Source: Nemertoderma westbladi (Eukaryota; Animalia; Xenacoelomorpha). From it: a DNA stretch of 64,000 nt. Positions 40,401-55,400 of this stretch are shown here, in pieces. Where the stretch lies: assembly GCA_032718475.1 (NCBI GenBank), contig JAUCBJ010003608.1, positions 7,403 to 71,402 of the forward strand, given 5' to 3'. The first letter of the stretch is position 1. Each line of letters begins with the position of its first letter. The notes beneath the pieces were generated by a model. The model ran no database searches and was not told where the DNA came from. It saw nothing but the letters and a program-made list of their open reading frames with translations. The translations under genes were made by a program, and so were the position numbers.

Positions 40401-43400
40401 ACTAATAGAACCCAATCTAACTAATAGAACCCAATCTAACTAATAGAACCCAATCTAACTAATATAACCCAATCTAACTAACCTGTATTTGTGTCTGTCG
40501 GTCTAATAGAACCCAATCTAACTAATAGAACCCAATCTAACTAATAGAACCCAATCTAACTAATAGAACCCAATCTAACTAATAGAACCCAATCTAACTA
40601 ATAGAACCCAATCTAACTAATAGAACCCAATCTAACTAATAGAACCCAATCTAACTAATAGAACCCAATCTAACTAATAGAACCCAATCTAACTAATAGA
40701 ACCCAATCTAACTAATAGAACCCAATCTAACTAATAGAACCCAATCTAACTAATAGAACCCAATCTAACTAATAGAACCCAATCTAACTAATAGAACCCA
40801 ATCTAACTAATAGAACCCAATCTAACTAATAGAACCCAATCTAACTAATAGAACCCAATCTAACTCACCTGTATTTGTGTCTGTCGGTCTAATATAACCC
40901 AATCTAACTAATAGAACCCAATGTCTGTCGGTCTAATATAACCCAATCTAACTAATAGAACCCAATCTAACTCACCTGTATTTGTGTCTGTCGGTCTAAT
41001 ATAACCCAATCTAACTAATAGAACCCAATCTAACTAATAGAACCCAATCTAACTAATAGAACCCAATCTAACTAATAGAACCCAATCTAACTAATAGAAC
41101 CCAATCTAACTAATAGAACCCAATCTAACTAATAGAACCCAATCTAACTCACCTGTATTTGTGTCTGTCGGTCTAATATAACCCAATCTAACTAATAGAA
41201 CCCAATCTAACTAATAGAACCCAATCTAACTAATAGAACCCAATCTAACTAATAGAACCCAATCTAACTCACCTGTATTTGTGTCTGTCGGTCTAATATA
41301 ACCCAATCTAACTAATAGAACCCAATCTAACTAATAGAACCCAATCTAACTAATAGAACCCAATCTAACTAATAGAACCCAATCTAACTAATAGAACCCA
41401 ATCTAACTAATAGAACCCAATCTAACTAATAGAACCCAATCTAACTAATAGAACCCAATCTAACTAATAGAACCCAATCTAACTAATAGAACCCAATCTA
41501 ACTAATAGAACCCAATCTAACTAATAGAACCCAATCTAACTAATAGAACCCAATCTAACTAATAGAACCCAATCTAACTAATAGAACCCAATCTAACTAA
41601 TAGAACCCAATCTAACTAATAGAACCCAATCTAACTAATAGAACCCAATCTAACTAATAGAACCCAATCTAACTAATAGAACCCAATCTAACTAATAGAA
41701 CCCAATCTAACTAATAGAACCCAATCTAACTAATAGAACCCAATCTAACTAATAGAACCCAATCTAACTAATAGAACCCAATCTAACTAATATAACCCAA
41801 TCTAACTAACCTGTATTTGTGTCTGTCGGTCTAATAGAACCCAATCTAACTAATAGAACCCAATCTAACTAATAGAACCCAATCTAACTAATAGAACCCA
41901 ATCTAACTAATAGAACCCAATCTAACTAATAGAACCCAATCTAACTAATAGAACCCAATCTAACTAATAGAACCCAATCTAACTAATAGAACCCAATCTA
42001 ACTAATAGAACCCAATCTAACTAATAGAACCCAATCTAACTAATAGAACCCAATCTAACTAATAGAACCCAATCTAACTAATAGAACCCAATCTAACTAA
42101 TAGAACCCAATCTAACTAATAGAACCCAATCTAACTAATAGAACCCAATCTAACTAATAGAACCCAATCTAACTCACCTGTATTTGTGTCTGTCGGTCTA
42201 ATATAACCCAATCTAACTAATAGAACCCAATTTAACTAACCTGTATTTGTGTCTGTCGGTCTAATAGAACCCAACCTAACTAATAGAACCCAATCTAACT
42301 AATAGAACCCAATCTAACTAATAGAACCCAATCTAACTAATAGAACCCAATCTAACTAATAGAACCCAACCTAACTAATAGAACCCAATCTAACTAATAG
42401 AACCCAATCTAACTAATAAAACCCAATCTAACTAATAGAACCAAATCTAACTAATAGAACCCAATCTAAATAATAAAACCCAATCTAACTAATAGAACCA
42501 AATCTAACTAATAGAACCCAATCTAACTAATAGAACCCAATCTAACTAATAGAACCCAATCTAACTAATAAAACCCAATCTAACTAATAGAACCCAATCT
42601 AACTAATAGAACCCAATCTAACTAATAGAACCCAATCTAACTAATAGAACCCAATCTAACTAATAGAACCCAATCTAACTAATAGAACCCAATCTAACTA
42701 ATAGAACCCAATCTAACTAATAGAACCCAACCTAACTAATAGAACCCAATCTAACTAATAGAACCCAATCTAACTAATAAAACCCAATCTAACTAATAGA
42801 ACCAAATCTAACTAATAGAACCCAATCTAACTAATAGAACCCAATCTAACTAATAGAACCCAATCTAACTAATAGAACCCAATCTAACTAATAGAACCCA
42901 ATCTAACTAATAGAACCCAATCTAACTAATAAAACCCAATCTAACTAATAGAACCCAATCTAACTAATAGAACCCAATCTAACTAATAGAACCCAATCTA
43001 ACTAATAGAACCCAATCTAACTAATAGAACCCAATCTAACTAATAAAACCCAATCTAACTAATAGAACCCAATCTAACTAATAGAACCCAATCTAACTAA
43101 TATAACCCAATCTAACTAACCTGTATTTGTGTCTGTCGGTCTAATAGAACCCAATCTAACTAATAGAACCCAATCTAACTAATAGAACCCAATCTAACTA
43201 ATAGAACCCAATCTAACTAATAGAACCCAATCTAACTAATAAAACCCAATCTAACTAATAGAACCAAATCTAACTAATAGAACCCAATCTAACTAATAGA
43301 ACCCAATCTAACTAATAGAACCCAATCTAACTAATAGAACCCAATCTAACTAATAAAACCCAATCTAACTAATAGAACCCAATCTAACTAATAGAACCCA

Positions 43401-46400
43401 ATCTAACTAATATAACCCAATCTAACTAACCTGTATTTGTGTCTGTCGGTCTAATAGAACCCAATCTAACTAATAGAACCCAATCTAACTAATAGAACCC
43501 AATCTAACTAATAGAACCCAATCTAACTAATAGAACCCAATCTAACTAATAGAACCCAATCTAACTAATAGAACCCAATCTAACTAATAGAACCCAATCT
43601 AACTAATAGAACCCAATCTAACTAATAGAACCCAATCTAACTAATAGAACCCAATCTAACTAATAGAACCCAATCTAACTAATAGAACCCAATCTAACTA
43701 ATAGAACCCAATCTAACTAATAGAACCCAATCTAACTAATAGAACCCAATCTAACTAATAGAACCCAATCTAACTCACCTGTATTTGTGTCTGTCGGTCT
43801 AATATAACCCAATCTAACTAATAGAACCCAATCTAACTAATAGAACCCAATTTAACTAACCTGTATTTGTGTCTGTCGGTCTAATAGAACCCAATCTAAC
43901 TAATAGAACCCAATCTAACTAATAGAACCCAATCTAACTAATAGAACCCAATCTAACTAATAGAACCCAATCTAACTAATAGAACCCAACCTAACTAATA
44001 GAACCCAATCTAACTAATAGAACCCAATCTAACTAATAAAACCCAATCTAACTAATAGAACCAAATCTAACTAATAGAACCCAATCTAACTAATAAAACC
44101 CAATCTAACTAATAGAACCAAATCTAACTAATAGAACCCAATCTAACTAATAGAACCCAATCTAACTAATAGAACCCAATCTAACTAATAAAACCCAATC
44201 TAACTAATAGAACCCAATCTAACTAATAGAACCCAATCTAACTAATAGAACCCAATCTAACTAATAGAACCCAATCTAACTAATAGAACCCAATCTAACT
44301 AATAGAACCCAATCTAACTAATAGAACCCAATCTAACTAATAGAACCCAATCTAACTAATAGAACCCAATCTAACTAATAGAACCCAACCTAACTAATAG
44401 AACCCAATCTAACTAATAGAACCCAATCTAACTAATAAAACCCAATCTAACTAATAGAACCAAATCTAACTAATAGAACCCAATCTAACTAATAGAACCC
44501 AATCTAACTAATAGAACCCAATCTAACTAATAGAACCCAATCTAACTAATAGAACCCAATCTAACTAATAGAACCCAATCTAACTAATAAAACCCAATCT
44601 AACTAATAGAACCCAATCTAACTAATAGAACCCAATCTAACTAATAGAACCCAATCTAACTAATAGAACCCAATCTAACTAATAGAACCCAATCTAACTA
44701 ATAAAACCCAATCTAACTAATAGAACCCAATCTAACTAATAGAACCCAATCTAACTAATAGAACCCAATCTAACTAATAGAACCCAATCTAACTAATAGA
44801 ACCCAATCTAACTAATAGAACCCAATCTAACTAATAGAACCCAATCTAACTAATAGAACCCAATCTAACTAATAGAACCCAATCTAACTAATAGAACCCA
44901 ATCTAACTAATAGAACCCAATCTAACTAATAGAACCCAATCTAACTAATAGAACCCAACCTAACTAATAGAACCCAATCTAACTAATAGAACCCAATCTA
45001 ACTAATAAAACCCAATCTAACTAATAGAACCAAATCTAACTAATAGAACCCAATCTAACTAATAAAACCCAATCTAACTAATAGAACCAAATCTAACTAA
45101 TAGAACCCAATCTAACTAATAGAACCCAATCTAACTAATAGAACCCAATCTAACTAATAAAACCCAATCTAACTAATAGAACCCAATCTAACTAATAGAA
45201 CCCAATCTAACTAATAGAACCCAATCTAACTAATAGAACCCAATCTAACTAATAGAACCCAATCTAACTAATAGAACCCAATCTAACTAATAGAACCCAA
45301 TCTAACTAATAGAACCCAACCTAACTAATAGAACCCAATCTAACTAATAGAACCCAATCTAACTAATAAAACCCAATCTAACTAATAGAACCAAATCTAA
45401 CTAATAGAACCCAATCTAACTAATAGAACCCAATCTAACTAATAGAACCCAATCTAACTAATAGAACCCAATCTAACTAATAGAACCCAATCTAACTAAT
45501 AGAACCCAATCTAACTAATAAAACCCAATCTAACTAATAGAACCCAATCTAACTAATAGAACCCAATCTAACTAATAGAACCCAATCTAACTAATAGAAC
45601 CCAATCTAACTAATAGAACCCAATCTAACTAATAAAACCCAATCTAACTAATAGAACCCAATCTAACTAATAGAACCCAATCTAACTAATATAACCCAAT
45701 CTAACTAACCTGTATTTGTGTCTGTCGGTCTAATAGAACCCAATCTAACTAATAGAACCCAATCTAACTAATAGAACCCAATCTAACTAATAGAACCCAA
45801 TCTAACTAATAGAACCCAATCTAACTAATAGAACCCAATCTAACTAATAGAACCCAATCTAACTAATAGAACCCTATCTAACTAATAGAACCCAATCTAA
45901 CTAATAGAACCCAATCTAACTAATAGAACCCAATCTAACTAATAGAACCCAATCTAACTAATAGAACCCAATCTAACTAATAAAACCCAATCTAACTAAT
46001 AGAACCCAATCTAACTAATAGAACCCAATCTAACTAATAGAACCCAATCTAACTAATAGAACCCAATCTAACTAATAGAACCCAATCTAACTAATAGAAC
46101 CCAATCTAACTAATAGAACCCAATCTAACTAATAGAACCCAATCTAACTAATATAACCCAATCTAACTAATAGAACCCAATCTAACTAATAGAACCCAAT
46201 CTAACTAATAGAACCCAATCTAACTAATAGAACCCAATCTAACTAATAGAACCCAATCTAACTAATAGAACCCAATCTAACTCACCTGTATTTGTGTCTG
46301 TCGGTCTAATATAACCCAATCTAACTAATAGAACCCAATCTAACTAATAGAACCCAATCTAACTAATAGAACCCAATCTAACTAATAGAACCCAATCTAA

Positions 46401-49400
46401 CTAATAGAACCCAATCTAACTCACCTGTATTTGTGTCTGTCGGTCTAATATAACCCAATCTAACTAATAGAACCCAATCTAACTAATAGAACCCAATCTA
46501 ACTAATAGAACCCAATCTAACTAATAGAACCCAATCTAACTAATAGAACCCAATCTAACTAATAGAACCCAATCTAACTAATAGAACCCAATCTAACTAA
46601 TAGAACCCAATCTAACTAATAGAACCCAATCTAACTAATAGAACCCAATCTAACTAATAGAACCCAATCTAACTAATAGAACCCAATCTAACTAATAGAA
46701 CCCAATCTAACTAATAGAACCCAATCTAACTAATAGAACCCAATCTAACTAATAGAACCCAATCTAACTAATAGAACCCAATCTAACTAATAGAACCCAA
46801 TCTAACTAATAGAACCCAATCTAACTAATAGAACCCAATCTAACTAATATAACCCAATCTAACTAACCTGTATTTGTGTCTGTCGGTCTAATAGAACCCA
46901 ATCTAACTAATAGAACCCAATCTAACTAATAGAACCCAATCTAACTAATAGAACCCAATCTAACTAATAGAACCCAATCTAACTAATAGAACCCAATCTA
47001 ACTAATAGAACCCAATCTAACTAATAGAACCCAATCTAACTAATAGAACCCAATCTAACTAATAGAACCCAATCTAACTAATAGAACCCAATCTAACTAA
47101 TAGAACCCAATCTAACTAATAGAACCCAATCTAACTAATAGAACCCAATCTAACTAATAGAACCCAATCTAACTAATAGAACCCAATCTAACTAATAGAA
47201 CCAAATCTAACTAATAGAACCCAATCTAACTCACCTGTATTTGTGTCTGTCGGTCTAATATAACCCAATCTAACTAATAGAACCCAATCTAACTAATAGA
47301 ACCCAATTTAACTAACCTGTATTTGTGTCTGTCGGTCTAATAGAACCCAATCTAACTAATAGAACCCAATCTAACTAATAGAACCCAATCTAACTAATAG
47401 AACCCAATCTAACTAATAGAACCCAATCTAACTAATAGAACCCAACCTAACTAATAGAACCCAATCTAACTAATAGAACCCAATCTAACTAATAGAACCC
47501 AACCTAACTAATAGAACCCAATCTAACTAATAGAACCCAATCTAACTAATAAAACCCAATCTAACTAATAGAACCAAATCTAACTAATAGAACCCAATCT
47601 AACTAATAGAACCCAATCTAACTAATAGAACCCAATCTAACTAATAGAACCCAATCTAACTAATAGAACCCAATCTAACTAATAGAACCCAATCTAACTA
47701 ATAAAACCCAATCTAACTAATAGAACCCAATCTAACTAATAGAACCCAATCTAACTAATAGAACCCAATCTAACTAATAGAACCCAATCTAACTAATAGA
47801 ACCCAATCTAACTAATAAAACCCAATCTAACTAATAGAACCCAATCTAACTAATAGAACCCAATCTAACTAATATAACCCAATCTAACTAACCTGTATTT
47901 GTGTCTGTCGGTCTAATAGAACCCAATCTAACTAATAGAACCCAATCTAACTAATAGAACCCAATCTAACTAATAGAACCCAATCTAACTAATAGAACCC
48001 AATCTAACTAATAGAACCCAATCTAACTAATAGAACCCAATCTAACTAATAGAACCCAATCTAACTAATAGAACCCAATCTAACTAATAGAACCCAATCT
48101 AACTAATAGAACCCAATCTAACTAATAGAACCCAATCTAACTCACCTGTATTTGTGTCTGTCGGTCTAATATAACCCAATATAACTAATAGAACCCAATC
48201 TAACTAATAGAACCCAATTTAACTAACCTGTATTTGTGTCTGTCGGTCTAATAGAACCCTGTAACATAACTTCCAATGTATCGGTATATATTTGAGGATA
48301 TCAAATACTGATATATAACATAACACATAAAGGCCGGCAAACCACAAACCGGTACAATATACCTAAATGTACTAGGCCTACTGCTAACTACGAAAGTAGG
48401 TAAATCCTAGGCCTATGTGTTATATCCAATATGTCAGACACATGACTGACCCATATCACACATTCCCCCTTCCCTGTTGGGAGAGTTGTCCGGGAAGATA
48501 GATGGTGTCATGCTTGGCATTATGTATATATCACTTGGGACCTAGAGGAGTCTATTGGTGGGGCATGCAATATAATAGTTTGTGGAGTCCTCAGTTTTAT
48601 ATAAGTCCTTATCAAAGTCATGTATACAAGTCCTTATCAAACTCATCTGTTTTCTCCTCTCCACCCAGGCATTCTCAACGACCCAGACCAATCCTGACTG
48701 ATAAATTTGCGGTTGGGTGTGCGGTTCCTGGTAGATATCCTGGTCATAGGTATCGGTGTTGGTAGTTCCTTGGTTGGCATTCTTGTTGTACGCGGTACAT
48801 GAGATGGTTCTACATCGTCACGCTCTCTCATGTCACCTTTGTCAGTTTGTTTGTTTCCTGTGTTATCGTCAGTGGCCTCCCGGATGCGAATAAGAGTACG
48901 ATTGCGGCGCCAAACTCGTCCACTTGTCTTTTTAATAAGATACTCATGTTTGTCCATGGCTTCCACGATGGTGCCTGGAATGGTCCATTTACCAGTTACA
49001 TGGTCTTGCATCACCACATGTGTCCCCACGGCGATTTCTTTAAGAGGTGCTGTTTTTGTCTGATAGCGAGCATGTGAGATGGCTTTTCGTGACTCTGTGG
49101 TCTCATCCATCTCCTTGAGGGTTCTACTCCACCTTGGGTCATATGCACGTCTGTGTGTAGGGAGAGTATCGCGCAGATTGTGACCATAAATAGCCTGGGA
49201 TGGTGAGCGACCTCCATACCGGGGAGTATTCCGGTAGGCAATTATGCCAGCCGCCAGTTTGTCTGGGTTTGGCTTTCCGCCATTGGGAGGTGTGGCCCCT
49301 TTGACAATCTTTTTCATCGCTTTTACCAGAGCCTCGGCACGTCCATTGGTCTGCGGTTTGTGTGGTGAAGCAGGTTCTATTGCCACGCCCCACCACGTGA

Positions 49401-52400
49401 GGAAAGTTTTAACTTCACGGGATACCAGGTTGGTGCCGTTGTCTGGATGGTACACAGTTGGGACAGCATGGGTAAGAAAGAATGATCGTAATGCATTTAC
49501 AATTTTGATTGAAGTCATACCTTCTCCAAGTGTGGCGACTGCAGGCCACCCGGAGAACTCATCAACGATAATGAGGTAGTGGCAACATAACCATCTACAA
49601 TGAAAGTGTCAACATCTATCTTCTGAAAAGGTCGGGTAGCCTGTGGGTTGTGCTGTTGGGGCTCAGCTCTGTGAGAAGGTAGAGATGAGGCGCATGTGGT
49701 ACAGCTGGACACTGTCTGCTTGACGTCATTAATAACTTCAGGCCACCACACGGATTGGCGTGCTCGGGCCAAGGTTTTGTCTATTCCTTGATGTGCGGCA
49801 TGGAGTTGTGTGAGGACTGATTTACGCATACCAGATGGAATGACAATCCGGGATCCAAACATAATGAGTCCATCAACTGCAGAGATTTGATCACGGTGCC
49901 TGAAGTAAGGGAGGAGGGCATCATAGCCATTGGTCTGCAGTTCCTGTTTACTGGCTGGCCAGCCATGGGTAACGATATCATTAAGCTTAATATGTGTCTG
50001 GTCGTCACTGGATGCCTCCCGCAACTGTTTGAGCAGTACATCATCATCATCAATGGAAGAGGCCTGCCAATAATTGATAATTGCTGCGCATGGTTGTGGT
50101 CCACTATGCCAACATTTGTCCTCTGCATCACATGCCCCACAAAGCAAAGAGAACAAAGTTGCTACTACAAATTCTCGGTCAGCTTCTTCTTCAGGCGTGA
50201 GCATGTAGTCTTCATCAGTTGGTGCATTGATTTCTGCACGGGAGAAGGCATCTGCCATTATGTGTTTGGCCCCTGCTTGCCATCGTGCGGTGAAGGTGTG
50301 GCGCGATAGGGCAGTCTTCATTTTTAGAAGTCTATCATTGGAGATTTGATCAAGACGACGCTGGTTGAGAATGGGAACCAGAGGATTCGAGTCAGTGACC
50401 ACAGTAAAATGTGTCATACCATCCAAGAAGAATCGGCATTTAGATGCAGCCCAGGCGACAGAGAGGGCCTCCAACTCTGCCATGCCACTCCACTTGGCCT
50501 CATGTGGGGCCAATGTACGACTGCCACACTGAACAGTTTTCCATACTGCATTCTTATCTCGTTGACGCAAAACGAATCCAAGGCCATGTAATCTAGATGC
50601 ATCACAATACATTTCGGTCTCATGGTTGGGGTCATAGTAAGCAAGGCATAAGGGACTTGTCAGTGCCTTTATTGTGGATACGAATGCAATTTCATGAGCC
50701 CTAGTCCATACCCAAGCCATGTTATTCTTGTTAAGGGAGCGAAGGGGTTCAACTAGGCGTGTTATCTCATTAGTAAAATTTCCCAACTGTTGGGCCAGCC
50801 CAAGGAATGATCGCAGCGTGGTGCGGTTGTGAGGTTTAGGGAACTCTCTCAGATCCTGGACTAGTTTAGGGTCTATCTCATACTTGCCCTTGGAGATTTT
50901 GAATCCCCCAAAAATGACTGTCTCCTGGCAATATTGTATCTTGCGTGTGTTCAATGAAATGTCATTGGCATCACACGCATAGAGGAGCTGTCGCACTGCC
51001 TCTTTGTGTTCTGCCTCCGTTTCTGTAAATATCAGGATGTCCTCAACAATTCGACGAGATTTTGGGACATCTTTTAATGCTGTGTCCATGCGAGAGTTGT
51101 ATACATCAGATGCACCACACCATCCCATAGGCATCCTAATATACCGCATTCGGCCATATGGAGTCAAGAATGTGGTAAGTCCCCTGCTTCCCTCTGCGAG
51201 CTCCAGCTGGTGGAATCCTTTCAAACCATCTACTACAGTAAAGAATGTTGCAGATGCAGGCAGGGTGGCAACAATCTGGTGAGGTGATGGGGACGGGAAG
51301 GTGGGACGGATTGTAGCATCATTTATAGCGCGCATATCTATAGTGACCCGGCATGCGGAAGGGTCCTTCTTCTTTGTTACAACCATAGGACTACACCATT
51401 CTGAAGGATTGGCATCATCTGTAGCCTTCTCGATGATGCCCATATCAATTTGTGCTTGTATTTCACGCTTAAATGGTTCAACCAGGTTAATGGGGATCTG
51501 ACGTGTGTGGTGCACTGCAACGGGTACTGCATCTGTGTGAATTCTAATCACCACTGGTGGACCCTTCATTATGCGGCAAATTCCAGACAATACATTGGGA
51601 AATTCTTCTATGAGGTCAACTGGTAGAGCACCATTTGATGTACTACTATTGCATTGGTGCGGATTGGTGAATGGTGGTGTCATCATATGGCAATTAGCTT
51701 GATTGAAGTTTCCAATTTGTGTATGGAATTTGTCAGCATTATCACTATATCCTGAGAGTCCCCCATTAATATGTTCACTGGCTAGGATAGTGAGGGCAAA
51801 GCATGCAGTCCGAGACAGTAGTGGCTTAGCTAGGCCATGCACCACATATGCATCTACATCGGTACTGAGGCCCTTAAATGATACACGTGCCCTGAATGTA
51901 CCAAGGAGCTTGAGTCCTTTATTTGACCCATCAGCGCATTTTGGGGCTGGGGGTGGGTTGGTTGTGTTGCTCAATTGGTGCCATTTAATACCCATGGCCT
52001 TGGGTACATCAGGACTCACTGCCATAAGATTGGCCCCGCCATCAGCTAAAATTGAGACATTTGTCTTGAACCGTAATGGGTGATCGGCACTTGCCACAAG
52101 CACTTGAGTGAGTTCTAGTGGCTGCAGTTCATCCAGCTGTCGTGCTGTGCCATCTGCAGCAGCAATACGGGCCAGAGCTTTAGTAGAATCAGGACTGGGT
52201 ACTAGGGCCAAACACGTGAGTAGTGTTGGGTCCCCCCGGAGACTAGATAGATTTGGTGCGTTGTCACTGTTAGATGGATACTGGCCCTCGTATAGATATT
52301 GACCTTCGTTATTTATATTGGTGTTATTAGGGGACCATACGGTGTTGTAGGCCTGCGGTTGTCTTTGGCCCCTATTGTACCGATCATTGCCGCCAGTATA

Positions 52401-55400
52401 TGTGCCGCGGCCCATGTATCCACCACGGCCAATTTGTCTACTACGTGTATTGTTCCTAGCACCATTGGTGTGGGATGGGCAGCATCGATTATAGTGGCCA
52501 GATTTGCTGCAATGTGTACATATCTCACCAATTGCAGGGCAGGTGCGAAATTTCTGGCCCGGGCCATGTGGGAGTTCATGGCCACAATAAAAGCATTTCT
52601 TTGTCTTGGACTTGGCCACAAGTCTGTTTGTATCACCACTTCCACTAGTCATACTAGTTGACCTTGCAGTGCTAATGTCTGAGCGTGTCTTACGGGCAGC
52701 CTCCATTGACTCAGCTACCTTTAGTGCTTCAGTGAAAGTGACTGTTTCAGGAAGTTCCAGGAGGCGGTCTGCAATCTCTTTATCATTACCCGGCATGAGA
52801 ATAAGTTGCTTAAGAAGGTTGTCATTCATTGCATCTGTGGCATTTCTGGCAGTAAATGGAAAGTCACACTTGGTTCCAATTTTACGTAGGGCCACAACAA
52901 ACTCTGCAAAAGTCTCATTGTCCTGTTTCCCTCTTATACCGAATTCATTTCGGTATTTCCAAACATTCCGCCCACCTAGAATAAATTTATCCAATGCAGC
53001 AATAATGGCATCTGGGGAGTTCCAGTCAGCATCTGTCATACCTAGCCCATCTAGAGTCTCTACTGTGTTCCTGGAGAGTGATGCAAGGAGCTCATTCCTT
53101 GTAATTTTCTGCTTTGCAGCCCTTAGTGTTGCTGTCATTTCATCGCTGGGAAAATGTTCACCAGTACGTGGATCGACTTCAAGTAGTCGATCGATACCGG
53201 ATGTCCCGAGGAAGTTTTCCCATTGCCGTTTCCATGTCCGCCATTGGTCAGCCTCTGTTTCAATATCGAATTTCTCACATGGGCGTTTAACCATGAACAT
53301 GCGTGGGTCAAACTTGGATGGGATTGTCTCTTCCATGGCAATGGTGTTACCTTCCTCTTCGCTGTTTTCTCCTTCAATGGTTGGGTCGTCGTGCAAAACC
53401 TGTAGGCTGCAGTAGTTGGGCGAATGGAGGAATGGTGCGATGCGTGTAATGGGGTGCCGGGGCGGAAGACGTCCAGATTGCAGCGGCGTAGGCGGAGGGG
53501 ATGGCGTCCTGCCAGCGAGGCGGGAAGACGACCGCGTGGTTACTGTTTGTGGTTGCCGGCCTGAGAATATATACTAGAATCCGGCCAGCCAGGATTCTAC
53601 AGAGCCACCCTGCCCGAGTTGCCAGGCTACTGGGGGCTGTGGCCGTTAATAATCAATAGTGTATCCATTAGGAGAGTTCTGTAGTAAAATCCTACTCGCA
53701 GCGCCATGTAACATAACTTCCAATGTATCGGTATATATTTGAGGATATCAAATACTGATATATAACATAACACATAAAGGCCGGCAAACCACAAACCGGT
53801 ACAATATACCTAAATGTACTAGGCCTACTGCTAACTACGAAAGTAGGTAAATCCTAGGCCTATGTGTTATATCCAATATGTCAGACACATGACTGACCCA
53901 TATCACACAAACCCAATCTAACTAATAGAACCCAATCTAACTAATAGAACCCAATCTAACTAATAGAACCCAATCTAACTAATAGAACCCAATCTAACTA
54001 ATAGAACCCAACCTAACTAATAGAACCCAATCTAACTAATAGAACCCAATCTAACTAATAAAACCCAATCTAACTAATAGAACCAAATCTAACTAATAGA
54101 ACCCAATCTAACTAATAAAACCCAATCTAACTAATAGAACCAAATCTAACTAATAGAACCCAATCTAACTAATAGAACCCAATCTAACTAATAGAATCCA
54201 ATCTAACTAATAAAACCCAATCTAACCAATAGAACCCAATCTAACTAATAGAACCCAATCTAACTAATAGAACCCAATCTAACTAATAGAACCCAATCTA
54301 ACTAATAGAACCCAATCTAACTAATAGAACCCAATCTAACTAATAGAACCCAATCTAACTAATAGAACCCAATCTAACTAATAGAACCCAATCTAACTAA
54401 TAGAACCCAATCTAACTAATAGAACCCAACCTAACTAATAGAACCCAATCTAACTAATAGAACCCAATCTAACTAATAAAACCCAATCTAACTAATAGAA
54501 CCAAATCTAACTAATAGAACCCAATCTAACTAATAGAACCCAATCTAACTAATAGAACCCAATCTAACTAATAGAACCCAATCTAACTAATAGAACCCAA
54601 TCTAACTAATAGAACCCAATCTAACTAATAAAACCCAATCTAACTAATAGAACCCAATCTAACTAATAGAACCCAATCTAACTAATAGAACCCAATCTAA
54701 CTAATAGAACCCAATCTAACTAATAGAACCCAATCTAACTAATAAAACCTAATCTAACTAATAGAACCCAATCTAACTAATAGAACCCAATCTAACTAAT
54801 AGAACCCAATCTAACTAATAGAACCCAATCTAACTAATAGAACCCAATCTAACTAATAGAACCCAATCTAACTAATAGAACCCAATCTAACTAATAGAAC
54901 CCAATCTAACTAATAGAACCCAATCTAACTAATAGAACCCAATCTAACTAATAGAACCCAATCTAACTAATAGAACCCAATCTAACTAATAGAACCCAAT
55001 CTAACTCACCTGTATTTGTGTCTGTCGGTCTAATATAACCCAATCTAACTAATAGAACCCAATCTAACTAATAGAACCCAATCTAACTAATAGAACCCAA
55101 TCTAACTAATAGAACCCAATCTAACTAATAGAACCCAATCTAACTAATAGAACCCAATCTAACTAATAGAACCCAATCTAACTAATAGAACCCAATCTAA
55201 CTAATAGAACCCAATCTAACTAATAGAACCCAATCTAACTAATAGAACCCAATCTAACTAATAGAACCCAATCTAACTAATAGAACCCAATCTAACTAAT
55301 ATAACCCAATCTAACTAACCTGTATTTGTGTCTGTCGGTCTAATAGAACCCAATCTAACTAATAGAACCCAATCTAACTAATAGAACCCAATCTAACTAA

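Larger units (their letters stand above)
48260..53909 (-). mobile_element. Full-length Ty3/Gypsy LTR retrotransposon (Mag-like), 5650 bp
   Basis: Identical 203-bp TG...CA LTRs. 5-bp TSD AACCC (48255-48259 and 53910-53914). PBS and PPT present. Order gag-PR-RT-RH-IN. Short LTRs, twin zinc knuckles and a Ser PBS suggest the Mag lineage (inference). Confidence 0.97.

Noticed and set aside
48799-53415. Plus-strand and alternative-frame ORFs in the retrotransposon, including the 269-aa ORF
   Set aside because: Shadow ORFs of gag-pol; no env-like or other domain features.
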